From a virus (Duplodnaviria > Heunggongvirae > Uroviricota > Caudoviricetes): 64,000 nucleotides of DNA. Below the pieces are notes generated by a model, which was not told where the DNA came from, made no database searches, and saw only the letters and a list, made by a program, of their open reading frames with translations. This document shows positions 28,479-37,863 of the stretch, piece by piece. Each line of letters opens with the position of its first letter. Positions within the stretch are counted from its first letter, which is position 1. The stretch lies in the IMG/VR virus record IMGVR_UViG_3300023297_000003; one strand, written 5' to 3'. The translations under genes were made by a program, and so were the position numbers.

Positions 28479-29210
28479 TCATTTTGACCCCTTCGTATAG
28501 CGGACTCTCTTCTCCGTCTTCTCGAAGAACTCTTGAGCGTCCTCATCCAAAGAGTTCAGGCCCACAGTCCCGTCCTCCAAAAGGGCAACATCGTTTCCGT
28601 CTCCCTTGACGACCCACACGTTGTCTTCTGCCACCACGTCCGGTTCCTCTGGGATAAAGAACTTGGCGTTGGCGAAGCTGAGAAGGAGACCTCCAGCAGC
28701 AGAGTTGATCTTCCCCAGGACTTTCCCACCGATGGTTGTGAGCGTCACCTGTGGGCCACCGGACTGTGCAGCGTCCATGGAGATCAGGATGCCACCCTTC
28801 ATCACTGCTTCTGTCCGCTCCCAGATCTTCAGGTGCTGGTCGATTCGTTTCGTCAACTCCATACTCAGACGATCAGTCCTGTCCTCACCCAACAGGTTCT
28901 CCATGTACTCATAGTCAGCGTCGGTCTCGAAGTGTTCCCGGTGATGCCGTCCTACTACAGTCAGGCGCTCATCCGACTGAATAAGATGGGCGTGAACATC
29001 CCGCTGCTCCTGTGTCATCTCGCCAGAGTGAATATGGTACCATTTGTGATGGTCCGACCACATCAACGGGGTGGTGACCAGAAGCCCCTTCCCATCGCTA
29101 CTCAGTCCCAGGACGTGAACCTCCTGAGTCTTTTCCGAGGTCATACCCTCTTCGAGTTTGAGGGGGTCCGTCCAAGCCGTCTTCACTTTGTCCGTCATGC
29201 TGTCCTCCAT
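28479..29210 (-). CDS. hypothetical protein
   Basis: 243-aa ORF. Confidence 0.6.
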   Translation of the reverse strand: MEDSMTDKVKTAWTDPLKLEEGMTSEKTQEVHVLGLSSDGKGLLVTTPLMWSDHHKWYHIHSGEMTQEQRDVHAHLIQSDERLTVVGRHHREHFETDADYEYMENLLGEDRTDRLSMELTKRIDQHLKIWERTEAVMKGGILISMDAAQSGGPQVTLTTIGGKVLGKINSAAGGLLLSFANAKFFIPEEPDVVAEDNVWVVKGDGNDVALLEDGTVGLNSLDEDAQEFFEKTEKRVRYTKGSK

Positions 29211-29702
29211 GGGTCAATGGTTCCTCTACTCTACCGCCAGGCTGCGGAGACGCCCAAAAGTAGACAGATGAGCGCTGGGTCTGAAATCGGCCCTGATGAG
29301 AGACATCATCAGGGCCACCATCCCAGGGGGGGTCGATTTCGGGCGTAATCCGGTGCTACGACACGAAGAGGGGAGCCTCGGGAAAACGTTTTCCCGCGAT
29401 TGAGGGCAGTTGGATGACCAGACTGCTCATCCAACTGTCTGGGTGTCACACTGGGCCGCCAGCCTGTGTCACCATAGGACAGTGGTGTCCCACTTTGCGA
29501 CAGTGGGGGTATGGCATCTGTCTCGCATCTGTTGGCCAGGTCGCCAGGGGGGGTACACTAGGTGTACCCCTTTTTACGGGCCGCTCATCCAAGCACGTCT
29601 CTTTGGACTCAGGAGTCGCCTGGCCACACCAACCTGTGACAGCGCTGCTTCACATTACGACAGACCTTCCTTCGGAGTAGTAAACAGGACAAGGAGGTTC
29701 GA

Positions 29703-30854
29703 ATGCAAATCATCTATGCTCCAGAGGAAGTCCCACAGACGATGTCCAAGTCCCTTTTCCTAGCTGGTCCATCTCCTCGGGAGAAGACTCATCCCAACTG
29801 GCGTATTGAAGCTCTTACGTTACTGGAAAATTTCGGATACAATGGAACAGTTTTCATCCCTCTGCCTGAAGACGGCGTCTTCACCCACTCCTATTCTGAC
29901 CAACTGGACTGGAAAACCAAGTGTCTGAACATGGCCGACGTCATCATGTTTTGGATCCCCCGAGATCTGAAGACCCTCCCGGCATTTACAACGAACCTAG
30001 AGTTCGGAACGTGGTGCGCTTCCGGCAAAATTGTCTATGGGCATCCACCTAGTGCTCCAAGAATGGGAGCCCTGGACTACCAGGCACAGCAGGAAAATGT
30101 CCCCATAAATGAGACCCTTGAGGAAACCTTGAGGACAGCTCTGGGGATCCTGGGGGATGGTGCTCTTCGTGTAGGAGGGGAGTGCTCTGTGCCTCTCTAC
30201 ATTTGGAATTTGGCATCATTCCAGAACTGGTACAGGGCTCAACGGAAAGCAGGGAACCGACTAGAGGGATCTACAGTGGAGTGGACCTTTCGGCCCGGTA
30301 AAAAGCCCTTCTTTTGGGTTCTCCACGTCAATATGTACATCAAGTCTGAGGACCGGCACAAGACCAACGAGGTGGTCCTTTCCAGGCCCGACATTTCCAC
30401 CGTGGTGGGATATCTTCCTCACAGCGATGACCTAATGGAAACCGAAGTGGTGATCGTGCGGGAATTCCGTTCCCCCGCTGCCACCGTGGACGGTTTCATC
30501 CGAGAAGTTCCTGGGGGTTCCCCCAAGACAGCGATGGACCCTCAGAAGATTGCCAGAGAAGAATTCTTCGAGGAAACGGACGTGACGCTGACCGGAGAGT
30601 TCGTGAACATCGGCAACCGACAAATCGCCGGAACTCTCTCTGCCCACAAAGCGCATACGTTTGCCGTCCGCCTGTCATTGAAGGAGATGGAACTCCTGAA
30701 GGCTGAAGCCGGGAAGGTCCATGGAATAGAGGAGGACACGGAAAGGACCTTCGTGGAGGTATACACTATCCGGGAAATCCTCCAGCAGGAAGACGTGGAC
30801 TGGTCAAACATCGGAATGATCCTCAATGTTCTTATCACCCACCTGTATGCCTAA
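29703..30854 (+). CDS. nucleoside 2-deoxyribosyltransferase-like + NUDIX hydrolase fusion
   Basis: N: LFLAGP..NWR...DVIMFWIPRDLKTLPAFTTNLEFG; C: EVPGGS...IAREEFFEET Nudix box. Confidence 0.85.
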   Translation: MQIIYAPEEVPQTMSKSLFLAGPSPREKTHPNWRIEALTLLENFGYNGTVFIPLPEDGVFTHSYSDQLDWKTKCLNMADVIMFWIPRDLKTLPAFTTNLEFGTWCASGKIVYGHPPSAPRMGALDYQAQQENVPINETLEETLRTALGILGDGALRVGGECSVPLYIWNLASFQNWYRAQRKAGNRLEGSTVEWTFRPGKKPFFWVLHVNMYIKSEDRHKTNEVVLSRPDISTVVGYLPHSDDLMETEVVIVREFRSPAATVDGFIREVPGGSPKTAMDPQKIAREEFFEETDVTLTGEFVNIGNRQIAGTLSAHKAHTFAVRLSLKEMELLKAEAGKVHGIEEDTERTFVEVYTIREILQQEDVDWSNIGMILNVLITHLYA

Positions 30855-31206
30855 CGGTCCTGTAAGAGAGAACTGTATCTCTCAGTGAAAGAGGCCCCGC
30901 TCACGGGTGGTCCACAGAATCTGGGTCCGACACCTGGCGTCCATTATGCCACCCGAGGCCCACAGTGCCCTCCTGTGGGCCGTTCCCTCTCCAAGGGTAG
31001 TTGTTCCCCTACCCTATGCCCCGAGGCCGTTACCCTGATCTCTTCTCTCCGGTGGGAAAACGAAAGTACTTGTGGGCGCTCGACAACTTTGGGACCAGAC
31101 GTAGGACTGCCTCCGAAGTTGTCGGTCACTGTGAGACTCAGTTGCACGAGAACATTTGAGACAGTCATGTGACAGAGAGGACTCTCGTCACCAGGTCAGT
31201 ACTGGT

Positions 31207-31875
31207 CTATTTCTTTGGGATGACAATTTCCGTAGGCAACTTTCCCGCACGGGCAAAAGGGATCAGGCGCAGAAATTCGGCCTCTGCATCGGCCTCTGCA
31301 TCGGCCCTTGCATCGGCCTCTGCATCGGCCCTTGCACTGGCCCTTGCACTGGCATAGGCACTGGCCATGGCACTGGCCCTTGCACTGGCCCATGCACTGG
31401 CATAGGCACTGGCCCTTGCACTGGCACTGGCACTGGCACTGGCCCAGGCCCAGGCCCTTGCACTGGCCCTTGCACTGGCCCTGGCACTCTTGTATGCCTC
31501 TTCCCTCAATTCCTCATTTCCCGTCTTGAGGAACTCCAATACGACCTCAGGAGCGTCCCACAGATGCACTACTTGAGCCGCACACCAACGGCTGAAGTAC
31601 CGCAGGAGTGCGGTGGCATCAAACATCCAAAGGACCCGACGCTCGGTTGCAACCGACTTGTCATCACTATGCAGGATCTGCCCGAAAAGGCGGACCCGGC
31701 AAAGCATCGGACCAGGAGCGTACTGCAAAGCATCAAGGATACTCTTACTGGCATGAAGACCCTGCTCACAAAGAATAGGTTCACAATCGACAGTCAGTTT
31801 TTCACCAACGATGACATCCCGACCGTCCTCATAACCCAGCTTCAAATCCTCACGAACGAAATGGTAACCGTACAT
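31207..31875 (-). CDS. phage hypothetical protein with Ala-rich tetrapeptide repeats
   Basis: CEQGLHAS..ILDALQYA N-domain; ASAR/ASAW/ADAE repeats. Confidence 0.75.
   Translation of the reverse strand: MYGYHFVREDLKLGYEDGRDVIVGEKLTVDCEPILCEQGLHASKSILDALQYAPGPMLCRVRLFGQILHSDDKSVATERRVLWMFDATALLRYFSRWCAAQVVHLWDAPEVVLEFLKTGNEELREEAYKSARASARASARAWAWASASASASARASAYASAWASARASAMASAYASARASARADAEADARADAEADAEAEFLRLIPFARAGKLPTEIVIPKK
31277..31490. repeat. degenerate 12-bp (6-bp based) coding tandem repeat, e.g. GGCCCTTGCACT
   Basis: about 17 imperfect units read directly from sequence. Confidence 0.9.
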
Positions 31876-32028
31876 CAGAACACCTCCTGTGAAAGAGTCC
31901 CTATGCACTCTACCCCAACGGGGTGCCCACAGACTCCCCCCAACCCACGGTTAAAAAGCCCTTAGACGGCCAGCGTGGGCCTCCCCTACCCTATTCCCTA
32001 GTCCCTTCGCTACGAGGGTGCTTGTGCT

Positions 32029-32421
32029 TTAACTCAGAGCTTCCTCGGGGATGTTTCCAGTCACAATGATGACCCAGTGGAGAACACTCCCGTCTCTGGA
32101 TCTGTGACTGATCCGGACCTTATCGTTATAGAAGGTCACCTGGGGTGTCTCAAAGGGTCTTTCCTTGGGTAAATTTTTGCCCGTCGAAACCTGCCAGATG
32201 TCCCCGTCATTCACGGTGAGGATCCCGAAGTCCTTCCTGATGATCGAGACAGTAATGGCCGTCCCTCTGGCCAACCGTTGCCCTGCAAAGACGTCAGGAA
32301 CAAACCCATTACGTTCCGAGGTGGAGACAAAGACGTAAATCTTGTCCTCCAAGAGGCCCCTGAGACGTTCCCCCACCTCCTCAATGTTATCCACGGTCAG
32401 TCGTTGACTCCAGATAGGCAT
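32029..32421 (-). CDS. hypothetical protein, paralog of 9633..10043
   Basis: shared N-terminus and YETPEVTF/FETPQVTF...HWV. Confidence 0.75.
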   Translation of the reverse strand: MPIWSQRLTVDNIEEVGERLRGLLEDKIYVFVSTSERNGFVPDVFAGQRLARGTAITVSIIRKDFGILTVNDGDIWQVSTGKNLPKERPFETPQVTFYNDKVRISHRSRDGSVLHWVIIVTGNIPEEALS

Positions 32422-32459
32422 CACAATCTCCCTTGGGGACAGTCCCACCATCACATAAT

Positions 32460-32858
32460 CTACTCTGGCCCCACAGCCTGCAGCATCATCGCTGCCTTCC
32501 TGTAGGAACGACTCTGGGTCAGTTCCTTCCTGGTTCCACCATTGTTAAAAAGACGCTTGGAGACCAGCGCTGCGTCGTCCATCTCTGCTGCCGCCCACGC
32601 CGCTTCCTCAGGTGACAGTTTGAGCCGCCGGTCCTTGCGGGCACGGGCTTCCCAGATGAGGTCGTCAATGTGACCAGCAAACCGACGATGAGGTTTGCCA
32701 CCACAAACAATGACCGCCTCACACCGGCTCGACAACTCGTCAAACTGTGCCTTGGTGAATTCGATAGTGGGTCTGCTGTCCCCAGCGTCCCGATGGAGCA
32801 GCCTTTCAGTAAGTGCCTGGGTCATCGCCACAAGCTCTGTCTTAGCTTTCGTATCCAT
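32460..32858 (-). CDS. hypothetical protein
   Basis: 132-aa ORF. Confidence 0.55.
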   Translation of the reverse strand: MDTKAKTELVAMTQALTERLLHRDAGDSRPTIEFTKAQFDELSSRCEAVIVCGGKPHRRFAGHIDDLIWEARARKDRRLKLSPEEAAWAAAEMDDAALVSKRLFNNGGTRKELTQSRSYRKAAMMLQAVGPE

Positions 32859-33080
32859 TGTCCCCCCGCCCCAATGCGTGAATGTTCCAGTGCATCTTCA
32901 GCCCCCCTTTGCAGCGGGGCACTTTCCAGGCTTCGGTCCTTTGCCCGATCCTCTGGTTTTCACTTCCTTCCCACATCGTTTGCATACCCAGACGTCCATG
33001 CTGTAGGGGCGGTCCCGGTCACCGAAGGCATATCGAACCTCCTGGTCCACCCAGTTCCAATCGTGCCCAGCTTTCATCGC

Positions 33081-33497
33081 TCAGCCCTCCAGTACCTGCA
33101 CTGCCACCGCAGCGGTGAACGTCTGCTTCATCTGTCCGCAGCTCCTGGTCTGTACTGTGTAGCCAGGCACTTCGAACCGCTCGCCCCGGTAGGTGTACGG
33201 CCCCTTGACCTTGCCGTTCTTGTCCACGAGGATGAACCGGACCAGGTCTTTTAGGATCCCCTCGATGGTGAAGTTCTCATCCAGTCGCCGCCAGGTGGGG
33301 TCACATGCCATGTTCACGAAGCATTCCCGCACATAGCGGGGGTTGATTTCTCTGTCGGTGTCGGCGTCGTAGCGGTCGATGATGCGCCGTGTGATCTCGC
33401 CCTTCCGATACTTTGTCCCGGACCAATCACAGGTCCCTGGGAACTTGGCGGGGAAGGGCCTTGAAGTAGGGTAGGGGTTTCCATTGTTGACCGCCAT
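33081..33497 (-). CDS. hypothetical protein
   Basis: 138-aa ORF, AAGGAG RBS, class A promoter upstream. Confidence 0.65.
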   Translation of the reverse strand: MAVNNGNPYPTSRPFPAKFPGTCDWSGTKYRKGEITRRIIDRYDADTDREINPRYVRECFVNMACDPTWRRLDENFTIEGILKDLVRFILVDKNGKVKGPYTYRGERFEVPGYTVQTRSCGQMKQTFTAAVAVQVLEG

Positions 33498-33539
33498 GGT
33501 GTCTCCTTGTCAGGGGGTCATTTGCCCCCCTCACTTTAA

Positions 33540-33565
33540 CTACTCTGTAGAGTACTGAGATGATC
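33540..33565 (-). promoter_or_regulatory. class A promoter GATCATC-N13-GAGTAG
   Basis: exact match upstream of 33497. Confidence 0.75.
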
Positions 33566-33832
33566 CCACGAAGGTTGGTAGTCTGAGACTCATAAGTGAA
33601 GTTTGACACTCTGTAGGGCTGGTTTTTAGGCGTCGTTCCTACAGACTAAAGTTGGAGACGCCACCAGACTGCGCTCCTTCTGAAACCGCTAACGTCTCTG
33701 CTTTCCGAACCATCAACTGCGTAGACCTACTCAGGGTTGCGCCTTGAATCAGTCAGCCACGCAGCGCCAGTCCATCCACAACAACGCTTGCTGCGTTACC
33801 CCCCGCACGGCTTCACAATGGGAAACAGGACA

Positions 33833-34181
33833 CCGTTCCTCAAAACCTGCTAAAACCTACAGGCATCAAGTTTGAGGCTGTGCCGATCCTTGGTGACCCA
33901 AGTGCCTCGGTAGTAAGCCTCCGGCCCAACGGTAAGGGCTCGGATGACGGATGCTCCTTCCGCCCGAATCCCAAGGAACTGGTCCGTCTTCGACGGAATC
34001 GCTCTCCCAGCACTCGTTTTACACCTCTTGGATGATCGTTAATACCAATGTGTTCGTCTCCAGAACATCTGGGCACACCAGAACCTCCTACCCAATCAGC
34101 GTAAGCCTTCCTGCCACAACAGCTTCCTGTTTCAAGCAGGAATAATTAGACTTTAGTAAGTATGAAGGGCACTGTCAAGTA
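33833..34181 (-). mobile_element. complete protein-free IS607 MITE (family 1), 349 bp: left end + promoter + omegaRNA + right end
   Basis: GG|TACTTGACA-17-TAAAGT, hairpin TTCCTG..CAGGAA, then the last ~285 nt of the tnpB element ending GGTTTTGAGGAACGG. Confidence 0.9.
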
Positions 34182-34210
34182 CCCCCCTAGTCGCGGTCGT
34201 TACACAAGGT

Positions 34211-34236
34211 CTACTCCGCAGGTCGGTGAGATGATC
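34211..34236 (-). promoter_or_regulatory. class A promoter, pointing into the MITE
   Basis: exact GATCATC-N13-GAGTAG, ~30 nt from the MITE left end. Confidence 0.7.
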
Positions 34237-34602
34237 CTGGCAGCCCCCTCTTAGCTTACGACAACGTAAGACCGCCACCCACGCCAACGTAACACCCACC
34301 AGGCTGCCACAGTTGGATGAGTCGTCAGGTCATCTGAGATTCTAAGTGACAATTGCTCGGGCAGCCCGCCCCACAACACGACAGAGGTGTCGCAAAGTAG
34401 GACAGTGTGACCACCCACCCTCTCGTCTCAGACGTTTTCACCAAGATGAAACGCCCAACGTCCGCTTCACACCCGTTTTCGGAGACCCGCATAAACACTA
34501 CCTCAGAATGAGTTGGGACACCCTGTAGGGAGAGTAAAAGAACAGGCCCCAAAAGGGAGGCCACAGAATCTAGAGGAAGACACCCCACTCTCCCCACTTC
34601 AG

Positions 34603-34627
34603 CTACTCTGTGGGTCAGCAGATGGTC
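34603..34627 (-). promoter_or_regulatory. class A promoter variant (GACCATC-N12-GAGTAG)
   Basis: one mismatch, spacer 12. Confidence 0.5.
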
Positions 34628-35640
34628 CCCACAGGCTACCGGGTTACCCCCAGACGCTTGAGAGCCCTCAGGTTCATAGCACAACCACACGACCAGCAGT
34701 CCCACCCATCCCGAGCAAAACTTAGAAGGTACTGATTGCCCGGCTTCTCCTCAGTGTGGCCATAGTCCCGAGCGTAACCACCATCCTCAGTCAGTTCCGT
34801 GACCACCCCAAGGGTGTACCCCCACAGTGTAGGCACCAGCACAGGCATCCCCACCTCAAGGTCACTGTAGCTGATCAGGTGATGTTTGACCTGTCCCCCT
34901 TTAGGAAGCAAGGCAGCCCAGCCTTCTCCTCCGACGTCCAAGGAACCTCAAGGTCTGGAGTCAGACCCTCAGGGAGCTTAAAGACCGCACCACCAATCCT
35001 CTCGTAACAGTAAAACTGGCTTACGCTCTTCCCGTCGTTACCCTTCACTACCGTCAGCGGTGTCATCACTGGAATCTTCATCTCATTCCCTCCATGCTCC
35101 CACCAGTCTACCCTAAGACAGCCCCCAAAGGGCGTCACCCTAGATTCTGTGGGGCCAAAGAACCTTTTCCTTTTGTGATCCATCCCCAAAGATGTTATAT
35201 GAGAAATGAAAACCTGCAGGCGTCTGTGAGGCGGTAGCATATGGGTGTGACGATCTCAGCACGACAGGAAAAGGCTCACCATTAGTCTCCTGAGACCCTC
35301 CCGTAAAACGAAAACCCAACTCTACGTCGTTACTAACCGTAAATGAGTTGGCGACCCATGTAGGGAGCCTTTTGTACCACCCCGAAGGGACGACCCACAG
35401 AATCTAGAGTATTGCCCCAGTCAAGTACTATAGTACTTTGTCAGTACGGTTTATTTCTGCACCCCACACAGCGAAAGTACTGGACTCCCACAGAAGGCCA
35501 ACCACAGAATCTAGACCACACAGCCTCAGTACTCCTGTCAAGACAATCCCAGATCTTTTCCTGATCACACCAGCGACTGTTTTGCTTGCTTTCCCCAAAG
35601 AAGCCTCCCACAGAATGTCCGAAAGTACTGGACAAAGCAT

Positions 35641-35982
35641 CTACCAGTCACCACTCGAAAAAGGAAGTCCCGCCACGCCAGCAGCCTCCTTGCAAATCAC
35701 ACCACACCCCTTACGAAGCTGAGCACAGCGGTCACAATAGTAACGGTCAACCATGGAAGGTTTGCCACAACCCAAACAAGGACGACGATCCGGCTTCTGA
35801 AGCCCCATATGCCAATCCAGAAAGTCATCCAAGTCATAAGCCAGCATGTTGCTAAAGAAACGAACGGAGTCCCAGCCCCGACGAATTGCCTCACGACGCA
35901 TAGCCGCACGGTCAGTCCCATAAAGCGTTGCCGCCTCTAAAGTCGAGATGTAATCATCAGGTGACGCAATCCCCATAGACAA
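35641..35982 (-). CDS. HTH (excisionase/MerR-like) + zinc-finger protein
   Basis: YISTLEAATLYGTDRAAMRR; CLGC...CDRC. Confidence 0.55.
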   Translation of the reverse strand: MSMGIASPDDYISTLEAATLYGTDRAAMRREAIRRGWDSVRFFSNMLAYDLDDFLDWHMGLQKPDRRPCLGCGKPSMVDRYYCDRCAQLRKGCGVICKEAAGVAGLPFSSGDW

Positions 35983-36340
35983 ACCCCCACAGCAAAATCA
36001 CACACAGTAACTACTCAGAAACGCCCCCACATGAGCCACCGCAAAAAAAAGGCTCCCACCATGCTCCGACATGTCATTTTGTGTGCCCCCGAAAAGCAGG
36101 GGTCACCCACTAACGACGCCAAAATCCCATGCCCCCACCAGTCTACCCCAACACAGCCCCCAAAGGACGTCACACCTAGATTCTGTGGGTCTACAGGGAC
36201 ACACCCATAACGTTGCTCTCAGTTTACCTGGGAGACGGAAGCTCTGCCAAGCCGAAAGTGGGCCATACCCGTGGGCCGTGACGTTCTATTTCTTTACGGA
36301 GCAGACCCAGACACCGACGAATCGTTTGCCTTCACCTAGA

Positions 36341-36366
36341 CTACTCTGTGGGTCGCTGAGATGATC
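36341..36366 (-). promoter_or_regulatory. class A promoter GATCATC-N13-GAGTAG
   Basis: exact match; no long ORF directly downstream. Confidence 0.65.
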
Positions 36367-36485
36367 CCCCACCGGGATAACCCACAGAATCTAGGTCAGC
36401 ACCCCACAGTCAAGTACTTTCCAGTACTCTTTGCCCAGATCTTTTTGTGCAGATTACAACGAAAGTACTGGACTTTTCCAGTGCT

Positions 36486-37391
36486 CTAGTGAGCGTCCCG
36501 GTAATGATGAATCTCACGCCTAAGGTAAGCGTATGCCTTGGACATCGTAGCCGGGGACTCATCCAAGACAGCACCAGCATATTCCCAGGCCATGCCCTTG
36601 CCTCTTTTCAGCAAAGGCATGGCCTGTATCGCTAACTCACGTTGAGGATGGGGACGTAAAGAATCCATCAGGTCCAGCATCAACGACTCCTCAGATACAT
36701 CAGACGGATCCGTCACCACGCCCACCAACGCACGGTCATCCCCCGCATCTACCGTTGTCAGCCCATCCTCAGTCCAACCAGGCAACCCCGCCTGCATCAC
36801 ACTACGATAACGTTGCGACCGCCTGTGGTAATTCGATAACACACACCGACAGACCATGTGAACGTAATGACCAAAGGACGCCACCCGAGCATCGAAGGGG
36901 CACTTGCCCTTGTTGCGGATGAGTATCCCCTTGTAAACTTCCTGAAGAACATCCTCCGGCTCATAACGAGCCGCTCGCATCTTCCCAGAGAACCCCTTGT
37001 AGAGGAGCTTCGCTACCTCACGGCCACGCACCGCCAAGTCAATACCCAGATTCTGTGGGTCACCCAACCGACGTACCGAAACAATGCCCGAAGGAGTTGA
37101 CAAGCTCGACGGATCAATAGCCCAACCACCCGGACCCAGAGCTTCTAGGATCGGTGACGAAGCACTCCTGCCTCTAGGGGTGTGACGCCCCGTCCGGAAG
37201 TAACGGTCCAGCGTCCAATGACGAGCCTCAGGATGACCCGTTACCATGATGAGTAGCTTGCGTGCCGAGTCGAACGTCTCAGCACCTGTAGGCCGCTCTA
37301 GTGTATAGATACGGCCACCCTCCGTCTCCCGTACTCGAACTTCATCACAACCATCATTCGACCGGGTGTAGAGAATCTGTGGCATAAGCAA
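36486..37391 (-). CDS. RNA polymerase sigma-70/ECF-like factor with N-terminal extension
   Basis: region 2-like EPEDVLQEVYKGIL...FDARVASFGHYVHMVCRCVLSNYHRR; region 4-like HTH EYAGAVLDESPATMSKAYAYLRREI. Confidence 0.7.
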   Translation of the reverse strand: MLMPQILYTRSNDGCDEVRVRETEGGRIYTLERPTGAETFDSARKLLIMVTGHPEARHWTLDRYFRTGRHTPRGRSASSPILEALGPGGWAIDPSSLSTPSGIVSVRRLGDPQNLGIDLAVRGREVAKLLYKGFSGKMRAARYEPEDVLQEVYKGILIRNKGKCPFDARVASFGHYVHMVCRCVLSNYHRRSQRYRSVMQAGLPGWTEDGLTTVDAGDDRALVGVVTDPSDVSEESLMLDLMDSLRPHPQRELAIQAMPLLKRGKGMAWEYAGAVLDESPATMSKAYAYLRREIHHYRDAH

Positions 37392-37863
37392 CTCCTACAG
37401 AATCTAGATTTCAATTCGAGTCAAGCAATCTCTTTCTTCGTGCCGGTTTGACATTCGGGCCACCTAGCGTTACGCCCCCGACCTGACTGACGCTGCCATT
37501 CTCAGCGATCCCCAGTCTGGGGCCTCCCAACTTTCCTACTCCTTGGGCGTTGGGGTGTCAAGAAAACGGTGTGAAAAGGAGGGACTTTGCCGGTTTTTCC
37601 TCTATAACGATTGCCCGACCTATCAGGGACGGTTCCGGCTATCGCTGGAATTGTCAGGGATACGTCCCTATAAACCCCCATGTGGCCTTCAGTGGCTATT
37701 TCCGATCACTTTGTGGTTGTTGTCATGTGGTCTTACGTTCTAGGGGATTGGGTACACTGGCTGTATATGCTTTTAGGGGATCCCACGTGGCCTTGTGTGG
37801 GCGTTTCTGGTCCTTCTGCGGGTTGTGTATCCTTATTGGGGTGAAGGGGCTTAGGTGGGGGGC

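Larger units (their letters stand above)
34561..37407. repeat. cluster of CCCACAGAATCTAG-like motifs in both orientations
   Basis: copies at 34561, 35140(rc), 35394, 35502, 35607(partial), 36176(rc), 36381, 37048(rc), 37397; more at 26104, 26123, 30912, 55998(rc), 57607. Confidence 0.85.

Noticed and set aside
31277-31490. CRISPR or DGR variable region
   Set aside because: Contiguous in-frame coding tandem repeat with no spacers; no reverse transcriptase or template repeat in the window.
33840-34076. 78-aa ORF inside the MITE as a functional protein
   Set aside because: It is simply the TnpB C-terminal tail frame overlapping the omegaRNA; no nuclease domains.
34561-37407. CRISPR array from the CCCACAGAATCTAG repeats
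   Set aside because: Units are only ~14 bp, in both orientations, with irregular spacing from tens to hundreds of bp; no cas genes.
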